Shown: positions 40,746 to 50,562, counted from the stretch's first letter. The stretch: 64,000 bases of DNA from an uncultured virus (IMG/VR IMGVR_UViG_3300035506_000159) (IMGVR_UViG_3300035506_000159), one strand, 5' to 3'. Translations and numbers: made by a program. The notes: generated by a model from the letters alone, not told the origin.

Positions 40746-40851
40746 TAATTCTACCTTCCAAAACATCAAAACTAATATTGATATATCGTTACGCGCAACA
40801 ATATATCTATATCTATTAACAATTAGACAAGGCTTCTAACTATTAACCAAA

Positions 40852-41628
40852 TTAAGTAGCCGTTGCATATAGATTCTTAGTCCAAGGATCAGGTTCATCC
40901 ATCTTAGAAACGTCCATCAACGGCGTAGTAGCAATCTTACGATAGAAATCATCAGCCATTTTAGCAGTATATCTATTAAATGTATCATATATTTGAAATG
41001 GAGTATAATTATATAAAACATTCATGTCCATATTCATTCCTACAGATAAAATAGAAATATAGGTGCCGAACAATGAAGTAGATTCGGTAGTACTTGTTTG
41101 TCCACGCTGAGCAGCTATTTTGTCTTTGCCAGCCTGAATCTTCCTCATAATTTCTTCTGCTTTTTCATTAGCTGGATTATAATCTTCATCACTACTTTCA
41201 ACAGAAAACAATTCTCTAATTACTAATTGTAATCTTTCAAAGTTAAATGGAGTAATCTGTCCAACTCTTCTACTCTCACCATCTATATCTTGAAAAAAAT
41301 CCATAGTATTTTTTGAATACTTTACCTTGTAGGAGGGACAGACTAACTTGAAGAACTTATCCATAAGAGGTTTAATCTCCATAGGTTGTGCTTCAACCAT
41401 TAACATTAATATTTGAAAATCTGACATATCTTCTAATTGAGAATTGCCCTTTTTAATATCCTTTGCATATCGGTCTGTTTTTGTAAGTAAAGATAGAGCC
41501 ATAAAAAAACTTTGTTCTCCAAATTGACTAATATCTTTAATTCTGGGTTGCGTAATATAGATGCCACACCACGGCACAACAACTGGTCCACCAGATAAAT
41601 ATAAACCAATATCTCCTTTATAAATCAT
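40852..41628 (-). CDS. Hypothetical tail-assembly region protein
   Basis: 258 aa, GAGGAG RBS, neck/tail synteny. Confidence 0.65.
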   Translation of the reverse strand: MIYKGDIGLYLSGGPVVVPWCGIYITQPRIKDISQFGEQSFFMALSLLTKTDRYAKDIKKGNSQLEDMSDFQILMLMVEAQPMEIKPLMDKFFKLVCPSYKVKYSKNTMDFFQDIDGESRRVGQITPFNFERLQLVIRELFSVESSDEDYNPANEKAEEIMRKIQAGKDKIAAQRGQTSTTESTSLFGTYISILSVGMNMDMNVLYNYTPFQIYDTFNRYTAKMADDFYRKIATTPLMDVSKMDEPDPWTKNLYATAT

Positions 41629-41630
41629 TA

Positions 41631-42212
41631 TTACTCCTCAGTCTCAATATAATCATCAGAGCCATGAGTAGCAACATATCGTAGTAATATTCCTCCAAGC
41701 TCTTCACTTAAAATAACCTGTGAAGCTCCCATAAATTGGAGAGTACCAATACCACTTAATTTAGAATTATCTAAAATACCATCAATATATCCAGCAATTT
41801 GATGCGGCCGCAATTTATAGTTATCTAGCTTCCAATAGTCAAGATGACACATAATGGTAATACTAATAACGCAATTGCGGAATTGAGGATTCTCAGTAGG
41901 AGTAAAATCATCAAATTCTAGAAGTATATAATTCTTGACTTCTTCAAATTCTCCAAAGTCAAACTTTGGAACAACTTTAAGATAACCTTTATCAACCATA
42001 TCATTGATACTATAGCTATCAATTATTTTTTGATATTGAGCTTGAGTATCATCAAGACAATCTGAATTATTAATTAAGAGAAGTCTTTTAAGCTGGTCAC
42101 TATAAGGACGATTCTCAAAAAATAGTTTCTTCCAGATTGTCTCTTGGTCTTTTTCGCAAGATAAGAAGGTACTCTTAAAATCATTCGCTACACAAGCTGC
42201 CTTTATTCTCAT
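41631..42212 (-). CDS. Putative tail terminator/completion protein
   Basis: 193 aa; synteny; LRPHQIAGYIDGIL..SGIGTLQF motif. Confidence 0.5.
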   Translation of the reverse strand: MRIKAACVANDFKSTFLSCEKDQETIWKKLFFENRPYSDQLKRLLLINNSDCLDDTQAQYQKIIDSYSINDMVDKGYLKVVPKFDFGEFEEVKNYILLEFDDFTPTENPQFRNCVISITIMCHLDYWKLDNYKLRPHQIAGYIDGILDNSKLSGIGTLQFMGASQVILSEELGGILLRYVATHGSDDYIETEE

Positions 42213-42226
42213 TTAGTACCTCCCTT

Positions 42227-43375
42227 TTAGTAAGATTTAATTTCAATTGGTAGTTCAAGAAGTCCCCATAGCTTTTCGTCTTGCTCTACTGATTCAAGCG
42301 AAAGAATAAAGTTATTCTTTTTACCAGTCAAAATCTTAACAGTACAACTGTTTTCATCTTGTTCTTCAATCTTAGCTATCTTAGTATTATTAATAGTAAA
42401 TACTCCTCCAATAGAAGAAGTATAAGTATATGTTTCATAAGGATAAACAATTTGCGGACCAGAGATTAGATATGGTGCAACATCAATCTTAATTTCTTGT
42501 TCAATATAATCATCATTAGTTCCATATCTAATTGTAAAATTCTTTACCGCACCTGGCTCTACTTTAACTTTGCAAGTATGCCCATCAAGATAAGTACCTA
42601 TAAGTTTTACTCTAGGATTATTTAAGATAGACCAAGTAGCATCTTCAATATATTTAGAAGAATCAATTTGATAACCATACTCTCCATCTTGCCGCACTAG
42701 CGTCTTGCCAATAATATAATTGTTATTATCTTCTTTTTCACTAATGACTTTTGGAAGTTCTTCTTGAGTATTATTAAATGCTTCTTTAACTTCTAACTCT
42801 AGAATACCAGGCACTGTAATTGAATCTGCAATACTTACTTGCCAAGTATTACCATCGATATTAATCTTTTTAAAACGATGGAAATAATTTCTAGTGCGCT
42901 CATCATTTTTAATATAAATAGTACCAGACATATTTAATTCATTAAAGTTAATATTATTCTTAATTTCCCAGTCAATCTTTGTTTCTGTAGAACCTTGAAA
43001 ATAAATCCAATAATCAACACCATCTACATCAAGTTTATATCTGCATCTAATGATTTCAGACCGCAGATAAGCAGTTTCAGTTAAAGAAGGAAGATATACT
43101 AACCAATGAGTATTATCATCTAAGCACTCAAAAGTATCTCCTGCTTGTAGTTGAGAATCAAATGGAATTGAAATATATTTCTTATCAAAATCCGCCGTTA
43201 ATTTACTGGTATTAATTAAACATCTTGTAGCAGTACCGTTCGGCAATTTAATCATGCGGGAATTATAGTCATTTTTTAATGCCCACTTTAAAGAATTAAG
43301 CTTTTGCTTATTCATTCTATCAATTTGATTACCACCCATGTACTGTATTCTAGCGGCTAATGTTTGTCTTGACAT
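42227..43375 (-). CDS. Putative head closure / neck protein with C-terminal Ig-like repeats
   Basis: 382 aa; two C-terminal beta repeats (IIGKTLV..., ISGPQIV...); synteny. Confidence 0.5.
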   Translation of the reverse strand: MSRQTLAARIQYMGGNQIDRMNKQKLNSLKWALKNDYNSRMIKLPNGTATRCLINTSKLTADFDKKYISIPFDSQLQAGDTFECLDDNTHWLVYLPSLTETAYLRSEIIRCRYKLDVDGVDYWIYFQGSTETKIDWEIKNNINFNELNMSGTIYIKNDERTRNYFHRFKKINIDGNTWQVSIADSITVPGILELEVKEAFNNTQEELPKVISEKEDNNNYIIGKTLVRQDGEYGYQIDSSKYIEDATWSILNNPRVKLIGTYLDGHTCKVKVEPGAVKNFTIRYGTNDDYIEQEIKIDVAPYLISGPQIVYPYETYTYTSSIGGVFTINNTKIAKIEEQDENSCTVKILTGKKNNFILSLESVEQDEKLWGLLELPIEIKSY

Positions 43376-43677
43376 TGTTCCCTCGCTTTACTTACTAGAG
43401 AACAGCACTCAAAAATAGTGCGCCGATATAACGGAAATTCAATTTCTTCTCTAGCCGCATATAGTCCTTCTAATTTGCAAGCTAGTGTTAATAGATAAGA
43501 AAGGTCTGGAAAAAGTTCTTTCATACCTAAAACTTCAATAACTATAGTTTCAAGTGGCTTTTCCCAATCTGTTCCCTCTTCTTTCATTGGTAATAATTTA
43601 AAAATACTGTTACATAGCTTGCTTAAGTTATCATTAACCTCTTGGTTAGAAACATAAGTATCATAAACAGTTATCAT
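43357..43677 (-). CDS. Hypothetical neck-region protein
   Basis: Start re-assigned to ATG 43677 (ATGA overlap), 106 aa. Confidence 0.6.
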   Translation of the reverse strand: MITVYDTYVSNQEVNDNLSKLCNSIFKLLPMKEEGTDWEKPLETIVIEVLGMKELFPDLSYLLTLACKLEGLYAAREEIEFPLYRRTIFECCSLVSKAREQCQDKH

Positions 43678-44198
43678 TCTATTGGCTCCATTATCTTCCC
43701 GAAGGTTGAACGATAACGGCCATTCTTGTCCTTTGCTCTGCGGCAATAGACTCGTTGCAAATGGAATCCCTTAGATTCATATTCCTTCTTTAAAGAAGAA
43801 AGTTGCTTCATATGTGCGGCCTGACTTGTGAATTTGAAATCGCTACCACTATATTTTTGTCTAATTAAATCAATAGTAGCTAATTGAAAACTAATCCACT
43901 CGCTAATCATATAGCAACGAATAATTAATTTTTCTTCTGTAGTTAGAAGAGTAGTAAATTCTTTATTGACTAAATCTAAATCAAAAGGGTCTTCCCATCT
44001 TGGAAATTCAAAATTCGGCATGGCCGCAATAAGAATTTCCTCTAGCATAGCCTGGGTATCTTCCTTGGTAAGTTCCATAAACATATCATCGGTAATACCA
44101 GCTAGGAAGAAATCATACATCTCTTGAAAAGAGGTGCAGGTAGGCTGTACGGTTTCAAGATTATCAGTATCTTCTGTCTCAAGATTTTCATTATCCAT
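43674..44198 (-). CDS. Putative head-tail adaptor
   Basis: ATG 44198 with GGAGGTG, 174 aa; DFKFTSQAAH motif; two genes after capsid. Confidence 0.55.
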   Translation of the reverse strand: MDNENLETEDTDNLETVQPTCTSFQEMYDFFLAGITDDMFMELTKEDTQAMLEEILIAAMPNFEFPRWEDPFDLDLVNKEFTTLLTTEEKLIIRCYMISEWISFQLATIDLIRQKYSGSDFKFTSQAAHMKQLSSLKKEYESKGFHLQRVYCRRAKDKNGRYRSTFGKIMEPIE

Positions 44199-44222
44199 TA
44201 TCCGCACCTCCATTATCTATTT

Positions 44223-44777
44223 TTATTCTGACTTGGCGGCAGTAGAAGTTCTGCGGCCAGAGGTTGTTTTCTTTGTAGTAGTGCGGCGGCGAGTAGTAGG
44301 AGCAGCCTTCTCATCTTCCTCATTAGTCTTAGCTGCCGCAATAATATTAGTAATATTAGAACCAGTCTTTTCTTGAATTGCTTCACGCTTATGAACATCT
44401 GGAAGTTCAAGCGCGACAGCGCGAGAAACAATTAGTTCCTTTATACCAGTAGGACCGAAATCAAGAGCATCGAGTAGTTCATCAAGAGAACCAGTAAGAA
44501 GAACTTCATCAACCTTCTTTTGGTCCCAATCATATTCTACCATATCAGATGGAATATTAAACTCTTCTCGTAGTTCGTCATTGCCTACTGAAAGATAATT
44601 CTGAAGAAGCTCTAGACCGCCACTTGAATAAGAAAGTGCGCGAAGAACTCCCGCAGAAATAGTCATTGGCTGATTTGGGCTAAAAGAATATAGACGATTG
44701 CTCATTTGGTCACGAAAACCAACAATACAATCAGTCATATTCTTAACAACAATCATATCAGTATCATTAACTGCCAT
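44223..44777 (-). CDS. Hypothetical head-associated protein with basic tail
   Basis: 184 aa, AAAGGAG RBS; Arg/Thr/Lys-rich C-terminus. Confidence 0.65.
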   Translation of the reverse strand: MAVNDTDMIVVKNMTDCIVGFRDQMSNRLYSFSPNQPMTISAGVLRALSYSSGGLELLQNYLSVGNDELREEFNIPSDMVEYDWDQKKVDEVLLTGSLDELLDALDFGPTGIKELIVSRAVALELPDVHKREAIQEKTGSNITNIIAAAKTNEEDEKAAPTTRRRTTTKKTTSGRRTSTAAKSE

Positions 44778-44805
44778 TTTTAATCTCCTTTTAACTCCAT
44801 TTTAT

Positions 44806-44844
44806 AAAATAAGAGGGAAACAAAACTTAATCTGTTCCCCTCTT
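44806..44844 (-). terminator. Terminator after major capsid gene
   Basis: AAGAGGGGAACAG...TTGTTTCCCTCTT followed by ATTTT. Confidence 0.7.
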
Positions 44845-44961
44845 GGTATATAGAATAATGCAAGATAAGCATAGCTATCGGTGCATAGATGGTTTTAACC
44901 GTGCTTAAGATTTATTGCCGCGATAGCTATTCTCTACTTATCTTAACACTACAGTAACAAC

Positions 44962-46014
44962 TTAGGCGCGAGAACTACGCTTGAGGTCGGTGTTACGATA
45001 ACTGCACATCCAGTTGTTAAGGACGGTAGCAACACCAAACTTCTTATAAGTGTGAAGCTCGTGACTCCAGTCGGAGAGATTCTCCTGCTCAGCAACACAG
45101 GTTTGACCCTCAAAGACGAGCTTGACAGGCTTCTCAGTACCAGTAGGAATGATGTAGCACTGGGCAGGGTCAATGACCTTCTCAGTATTGGTTTCATCAG
45201 TCATGGACTGAGGAAGAATAACAATGGTGTGACCCTTGTAATTGTCAAGCCAACCCTTGTGCCAGAGTTCACCCTTCATATCAGAGTTAGCCCACTGAGC
45301 ATTGACAGGCTTCATCTTGGAAGCAAACTCAAAGGTGCAGTAAATAGTGGACTTGCCATAGGAATCAGCGATAGCGAGAAGCTCATCCATGACACCTTCA
45401 TCGAAACCAGCAACGACTGCCTTGTTAGGAGTAGGAAGATTCTCAACAGCAGACTCTAGAGCCTTAGCAATCTCCTGATAAATGTACTCATCCATGCCTT
45501 CGAGCATAACAGAAGTAAGGTCAGAGAATTGGATGCGGCCATCAAGGAACTCCTCAAAACCAATGCGGCAAGCAGCACCAATAGCAGAAGTCTGAACTTC
45601 AATCTCACGACCATCGAGCATGAAGGTTTCATAACGACCAGCAAGACCGACCTTGGTTACAAAGGTCTTAGCACGCTTGCGGGAAGCTTCGGTGATACGC
45701 TGACGGAAGATAGCCTTATCGCCTTGTGCGACAGTGCGGACATCCGCAAATTCCATGTACTGTTGCTCAACCTTAGCGGGAAGAACATCATCAATAGTCT
45801 CCTCGATTAGACGGAAGACAAGATTCTTATTTTCACGATAAGCAGCATAATCGCTAACGAGTTCGTTCATCTGAGCGCGAAGAGCAGCATTAACCTCTTC
45901 TGCGTTCCAAGTCTCGGTGTTGCCATTGCTCTCAAAGGAGTATGCAACAGCTGCGTTCTTATCTGCCTTGACAGCAGCCTTGGCAAGACTGCGTAGGTCA
46001 TTGTAATTTACCAT
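44962..46014 (-). CDS. Major capsid protein
   Basis: 350 aa after protease/scaffold and decoration genes; strong high-expression codon bias; AGGAGG RBS. Confidence 0.85.
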   Translation of the reverse strand: MVNYNDLRSLAKAAVKADKNAAVAYSFESNGNTETWNAEEVNAALRAQMNELVSDYAAYRENKNLVFRLIEETIDDVLPAKVEQQYMEFADVRTVAQGDKAIFRQRITEASRKRAKTFVTKVGLAGRYETFMLDGREIEVQTSAIGAACRIGFEEFLDGRIQFSDLTSVMLEGMDEYIYQEIAKALESAVENLPTPNKAVVAGFDEGVMDELLAIADSYGKSTIYCTFEFASKMKPVNAQWANSDMKGELWHKGWLDNYKGHTIVILPQSMTDETNTEKVIDPAQCYIIPTGTEKPVKLVFEGQTCVAEQENLSDWSHELHTYKKFGVATVLNNWMCSYRNTDLKRSSRA

Positions 46015-46037
46015 AACTATTGTTCCCTCCTTTTCAA

Positions 46038-46520
46038 TTAAAGAATACGCTGAAGCTTAAGACCAGGTTGACCATCAGGCATAGTATAAACCTTAGCAAC
46101 CTGCCAGACCATATCACCCTCACCAGCGGCAAGAACGCCGTCAGAACCAGGAGTGAGCTTGTCACCAACAGCATATTCAGCTTCGGCAACAGTATTGGTG
46201 GTCATAATATCGCCAACATTAGTCTTGAAGACACGAGGAACCATAACGCCGTCATAGAAGTCGGCACGCTGCATAGCATAATCCTTGTGAGACTGCTTAC
46301 GCTCATCATAAAGCTTTTCCTCGTTGAAAACTAGCATGAACTCGCCGTCACCATCAAAGTTGACCTCACCCTTAGCATAGTCATACTTGACAAACATGCC
46401 GTTCTCAAGAACGTCAATGCTCTCGGCTGCGGGGAGCTGGGCGAAAACCTGACCAGTATAAGAAGCAGATAGGTGATTTGGCTCAACGACACCAAACCCT
46501 TCACGCTTAATAGTAGCCAT
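46038..46520 (-). CDS. Putative capsid decoration protein
   Basis: 160 aa between scaffold and capsid; VEPNHLS and YTMPDGQPG motifs; same codon bias as capsid. Confidence 0.65.
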   Translation of the reverse strand: MATIKREGFGVVEPNHLSASYTGQVFAQLPAAESIDVLENGMFVKYDYAKGEVNFDGDGEFMLVFNEEKLYDERKQSHKDYAMQRADFYDGVMVPRVFKTNVGDIMTTNTVAEAEYAVGDKLTPGSDGVLAAGEGDMVWQVAKVYTMPDGQPGLKLQRIL

Positions 46521-46536
46521 TTACTTTCCTCCTTAT

Positions 46537-47970
46537 TTATTTATTCTTTTGCTGACGGAGTAATTCTACAATAGGTGGAACGAAACTCCCCGTCTCATTA
46601 TCTAGAGAGAACGCAAGTGCGGGATCTTCAATAGATTCCTCAACTTCTGCTTCAACACCATCAAGAGTATTAAAGTTGACGTTCTTCTTAACGTAAATTA
46701 GTGCAAGCTTCTCTTCAATTTGCTCATAAGAGTACTCGTTCTTATGCTCAATAACATCAGCCTTATCAGCTTCATCTAGCATATGATATTGGTTGATTAG
46801 AGCATCTTTCTTCTCATTTTCACAACGAAGCTTGAAATCACGAAGAGAATTAAGTTCATTCTCAAGAGCAATCTTTTCAGCCTTAACAGCTTCAAATTCG
46901 TCCTTTAGAGCGGCAAATGCTTCTGCAAGAGAATGATCGGGCTTAGGCTCAGGCTTGGACTTCTTATCTTCTTCGTCCTTTTCTACCTCTTCCTCAGCTT
47001 CATCTTCTTCCTTATCTTCATCCTCTTCATCGGCGTACTTCTTCTTGTCCTTATCGCCGCAAGCAAAATCGGTGTCTTCGTTATCACCGTCTTCGCTATC
47101 TTCTTCGCTCTCTTCGTCATCGGTAGCGTCATCAGCCGCATCTGCGGATTCTTCAACTTCTACTGTAGTCTCTTCGATTTCGACTTCGTGCTCATTATCA
47201 GAAGCAACTTCTTCGACCTCTTCTTCTACGACTTCAGTAGGCTCAAGTTCCTCGTCAATTGGCATACTCGACCCTCCTTTGTCCTTCAAAGCAAATTTTA
47301 ATTCATTCATCATGCTATATAGTGTGCGTGTAAATTCTTTGTCCATTGAGAATTGCGTCTCTTCGACGGAACTTCCTTCAAAACAAGGTTCCACATCATC
47401 ACCAAGAATACACAGCTTACTAAAAGTAGCATCATCTATAATAAAAAATTCTACACCTGAATTACTGTCTTCTGCCCAATGACCATGCATTGAGTTTTCA
47501 TCAAGTTCCATAGACTGCGGCTGTCCCTCATTAATAACTTTATCAATCTCAGGGAATTGCCCTTGCCATAGATAACCAGTAGTGCAAAGATAAGTACGCT
47601 CAATTGCATTATTAAATTCATCATAATCAATATATTGCTGATACCATACTTCTGCATCAGGACTTACAAAACCATATGGAACAGTCTTGCAAGAAAAAGA
47701 AACTTCACCATTCTCAATAGTCATTACATGCCCATGATCGCCATAGTCTTGCTTATTATCATACCAAGCAGCAACAATTGGCGCACCACGTAAGGTCTTA
47801 GCCATTTCATCAGCAACCTCACGAGTAATATAAGACCCGTTGCGGTTCTTACCTAAATAGAAAACCTTAATTTGGCATTGTGACATGAGAGGATTAATAT
47901 CCAAAGGCTGAAGATTAATAAATTCAGGAGAACTAATGGTAGATACTTCTGACCTATTCTTTAGTGACAT
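46537..47970 (-). CDS. Prohead protease / scaffold protein
   Basis: 477 aa; GKNRNGS, DYGDH, QSMEL, LCILG..VEPCFEGS protease-like motifs; acidic coiled-coil C-terminal half. Confidence 0.8.
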   Translation of the reverse strand: MSLKNRSEVSTISSPEFINLQPLDINPLMSQCQIKVFYLGKNRNGSYITREVADEMAKTLRGAPIVAAWYDNKQDYGDHGHVMTIENGEVSFSCKTVPYGFVSPDAEVWYQQYIDYDEFNNAIERTYLCTTGYLWQGQFPEIDKVINEGQPQSMELDENSMHGHWAEDSNSGVEFFIIDDATFSKLCILGDDVEPCFEGSSVEETQFSMDKEFTRTLYSMMNELKFALKDKGGSSMPIDEELEPTEVVEEEVEEVASDNEHEVEIEETTVEVEESADAADDATDDEESEEDSEDGDNEDTDFACGDKDKKKYADEEDEDKEEDEAEEEVEKDEEDKKSKPEPKPDHSLAEAFAALKDEFEAVKAEKIALENELNSLRDFKLRCENEKKDALINQYHMLDEADKADVIEHKNEYSYEQIEEKLALIYVKKNVNFNTLDGVEAEVEESIEDPALAFSLDNETGSFVPPIVELLRQQKNK

Positions 47971-49539
47971 TTAACCTCCTGCCTCTATGTTTTGGATTGT
48001 TTTAGTAGATTTTTCATCATCAGGTAGTTCTGGTCTTCCACCAGTATTACCATCTGAAATTTGAGTACCAGATTTTTCACTACTACTTTCTTTACCACTA
48101 GTAGTAGATGACATTTGCGGCGGAATAAATAGTTCATCGAGCCGCATAAGTTGGTTTTCAAAGTAAGCAGTTGCCATAACAGTAGATTGAGATTGTCCAA
48201 GAGCAACTTGCGGAAGTAGCTTAGAGAAACCAAGCATTGTTTGTTCCTTGTACTGCTTAGACAAATCTTTATAGTTGTAAACAGTAGTAGGAAGAATCTG
48301 TACTTTATATGCCAATCTCTTTGGATTCTTGTTATATGGAGCAAGAAGAGAATTAGCATACTCTTCAAATTGCAAAATTAAACTAAACATAGTAGCTTCG
48401 TCATTGGCAATAGATTTTTCAAGTGCAATATTACCATCAGTATTAAACTGATTTTGACTAACACCTGCGGCATTGAAGACTGAACGTTCCATCCTTTCAA
48501 GCCAGTCAGTTGAAGATTGATTGCCTTTATCAGAAAGGTCTGCTACCTCAACGTCCGCAAATGTTGTTAGAACATCAACACCAATAGCATCTCCAAGCAT
48601 AGCAACTGCATTGTTGTGGAGCTGTTGAGCTTCTTCAACGTCAAAAATTAAGTCACCATTCTTATCTATTGGCATCTTCTGAATAATAATTTTCAGAATT
48701 TGTTGTTCCATTTTCTTTTTGTCTAGTTCTTTTGCATCTTCGAGGTCAATAATCGCGGGAATAACCGATATGAATAGTGGCGCATCACTATTACTTAGAT
48801 TAAATTTTACCGCGCTATTGGCATCTAACAAGAACCAACCTCTCTCATCGCCTTGAAACAAGATTGGTAAGGTTCCATTTTGATATTCAAGATACGCCTT
48901 CTGAAATTCCTTGGGGAACATCTTTAGTACCTTTAAACGATATTGCATATCTGCAAACGCATCATTGAAATACTTAATATTAAACTCTACCGCTGGTTTA
49001 CCATTTATTTCAAACCGTGAACGGCAGTAGTCTACAGGGAGTTCTTGGAGATATGCCGCAGATTTTTGTGTAAGTTTATAGCCATAGAAACAGCCATTCT
49101 TAACTACTTTTAATGCAATTTCTCCAAACTCTTTCTTAAGATTGCAGTTCTCTAGATATGTTGATGATTTATACCATCCTTCAATAACTTTATCATCTTT
49201 GATTTTGTTATCATAAACTAATGGAGTAATAAACCAGTCATATCTATAAAGAAATGCCATGTAACGACAAAGACGAGAATAAATACCACTTTTATCAAAG
49301 AAATAATTAGAAATAGCCCGCAATTGCTGGTAGTCTTTATTTCTAATAGCATCTTCTAGTCTATCAACTTGAATATATCGATTTTGTTTCTTTGACATAT
49401 AATCTAATGATAATGTAACATCATTAGCTAATGTTTTCTTACCGACCTTAATCTTATTGAAATCTAGAGAAGCTCTTTCTTGCGAGGTGGCATTGACTAA
49501 GCGGAAATCTCGTTCGTTTTTGTCCTTAACGGTTGCCAA
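47971..49539 (-). CDS. Portal protein
   Basis: 522 aa, TTG start with AAGGAGGTG; between terminase and protease; C-terminal GGRP motif. Confidence 0.8.
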   Translation of the reverse strand: MATVKDKNERDFRLVNATSQERASLDFNKIKVGKKTLANDVTLSLDYMSKKQNRYIQVDRLEDAIRNKDYQQLRAISNYFFDKSGIYSRLCRYMAFLYRYDWFITPLVYDNKIKDDKVIEGWYKSSTYLENCNLKKEFGEIALKVVKNGCFYGYKLTQKSAAYLQELPVDYCRSRFEINGKPAVEFNIKYFNDAFADMQYRLKVLKMFPKEFQKAYLEYQNGTLPILFQGDERGWFLLDANSAVKFNLSNSDAPLFISVIPAIIDLEDAKELDKKKMEQQILKIIIQKMPIDKNGDLIFDVEEAQQLHNNAVAMLGDAIGVDVLTTFADVEVADLSDKGNQSSTDWLERMERSVFNAAGVSQNQFNTDGNIALEKSIANDEATMFSLILQFEEYANSLLAPYNKNPKRLAYKVQILPTTVYNYKDLSKQYKEQTMLGFSKLLPQVALGQSQSTVMATAYFENQLMRLDELFIPPQMSSTTSGKESSSEKSGTQISDGNTGGRPELPDDEKSTKTIQNIEAGG

Positions 49540-49551
49540 ATTCCACCTCCT

Positions 49552-49914
49552 TTAGTAACCAGCCTTCATCATTATATATTCATAATTGACTTTATTAGAA
49601 TTGAAATCAGTATATGGTATAATTACCAATGGAATATTGTTCTTTTGACAATACTTTCTTTTCTGTAGGTCATTATATTTTTGCCTTTTGACAGCTTTAG
49701 CACCACCAAATTTGCCAACAGGACTATAATGCTGCCGTCCTTGCACCTCAATTAAATAATCGAGGTCGCCAGCATCATCGAAGCAGGCAAAGTCAAAGCG
49801 CAAAGCTCTTCCACTAGAAGCAATAAGGTCTGGAAATTCATATTCTTCTTCAAATGGTACATCATTCTCAGTAAGAATATCATAGACTATGCACTCCAGT
49901 TCTGAGCTACGCAT
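49552..49914 (-). CDS. Small Vsr/DUF559-like endonuclease
   Basis: ATG 49914 with AAGGAGGTG, 120 aa; LRFDF..LIEVQGRQHY..IPLVIIPY. Confidence 0.75.
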   Translation of the reverse strand: MRSSELECIVYDILTENDVPFEEEYEFPDLIASSGRALRFDFACFDDAGDLDYLIEVQGRQHYSPVGKFGGAKAVKRQKYNDLQKRKYCQKNNIPLVIIPYTDFNSNKVNYEYIMMKAGY

Positions 49915-49978
49915 TGTCCGCACCTCCTTCTAAAACGGAAAGCCAATAGCCAAGTGAAAACAACCTGGCTATTGGTCA

Positions 49979-50029
49979 CTCTATTACATTATAAAAATAG
50001 GTCTACATTTCTAACGTATATTTGCCCTA
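49979..50029 (-). promoter_or_regulatory. Putative phage late-promoter motif copy
   Basis: TAGGGCAAAT-N22-TTTTTATAA..TAGAG upstream of head operon. Confidence 0.5.
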
Positions 50030-50562
50030 ATTTTTTGTAAAAAGCATTAATCCACTTAAATCTCTACTTTTCCTTTGATGCCTTTTATCTTCTTGAAGCT
50101 TAGTCCAAGAGAGAGCATAAATTAAAGCAGATACTTTATCCTTGGGAATCTTGCGGGCAGACTGCTTTAAGATAATATTTGCTCCTTCATTCTCTTGTAC
50201 AAGGTTTAGAAGTTGAGTTTTAAGAATTGTAGTCATTACATATGGACGAATATATGCTTCTCTTTGTCTTGGCGTCATTGTCTTATACTGCGACATGGCC
50301 GCAAGTTTATTTTTAGCTACATTTTCATCAATAAGAAATTTAAGTTTATTAGATGACATTTGAGTTTGAAGATATGCATATAAATCAGAATTTATTTGAG
50401 TATTAGCCTTCATAAGATATAAAGCATTTTTAATTGTATCTGCTGTTTCATATTGTTTATATCTTTTCTCTTCATCGTTATATACACCCATATTATATAA
50501 GTTGTCATCATTTTCTGGGTCAATTTGGTCAGTAACTAAAAAGTCAACCAGCCCGGCACCTA
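50027..50562 (-). CDS. terL: Terminase large subunit, exon 3
   Basis: Splicing yields VDANG-LGAGLVDFL; C-terminal KDKVSALIYAL nuclease motif. Confidence 0.88.
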
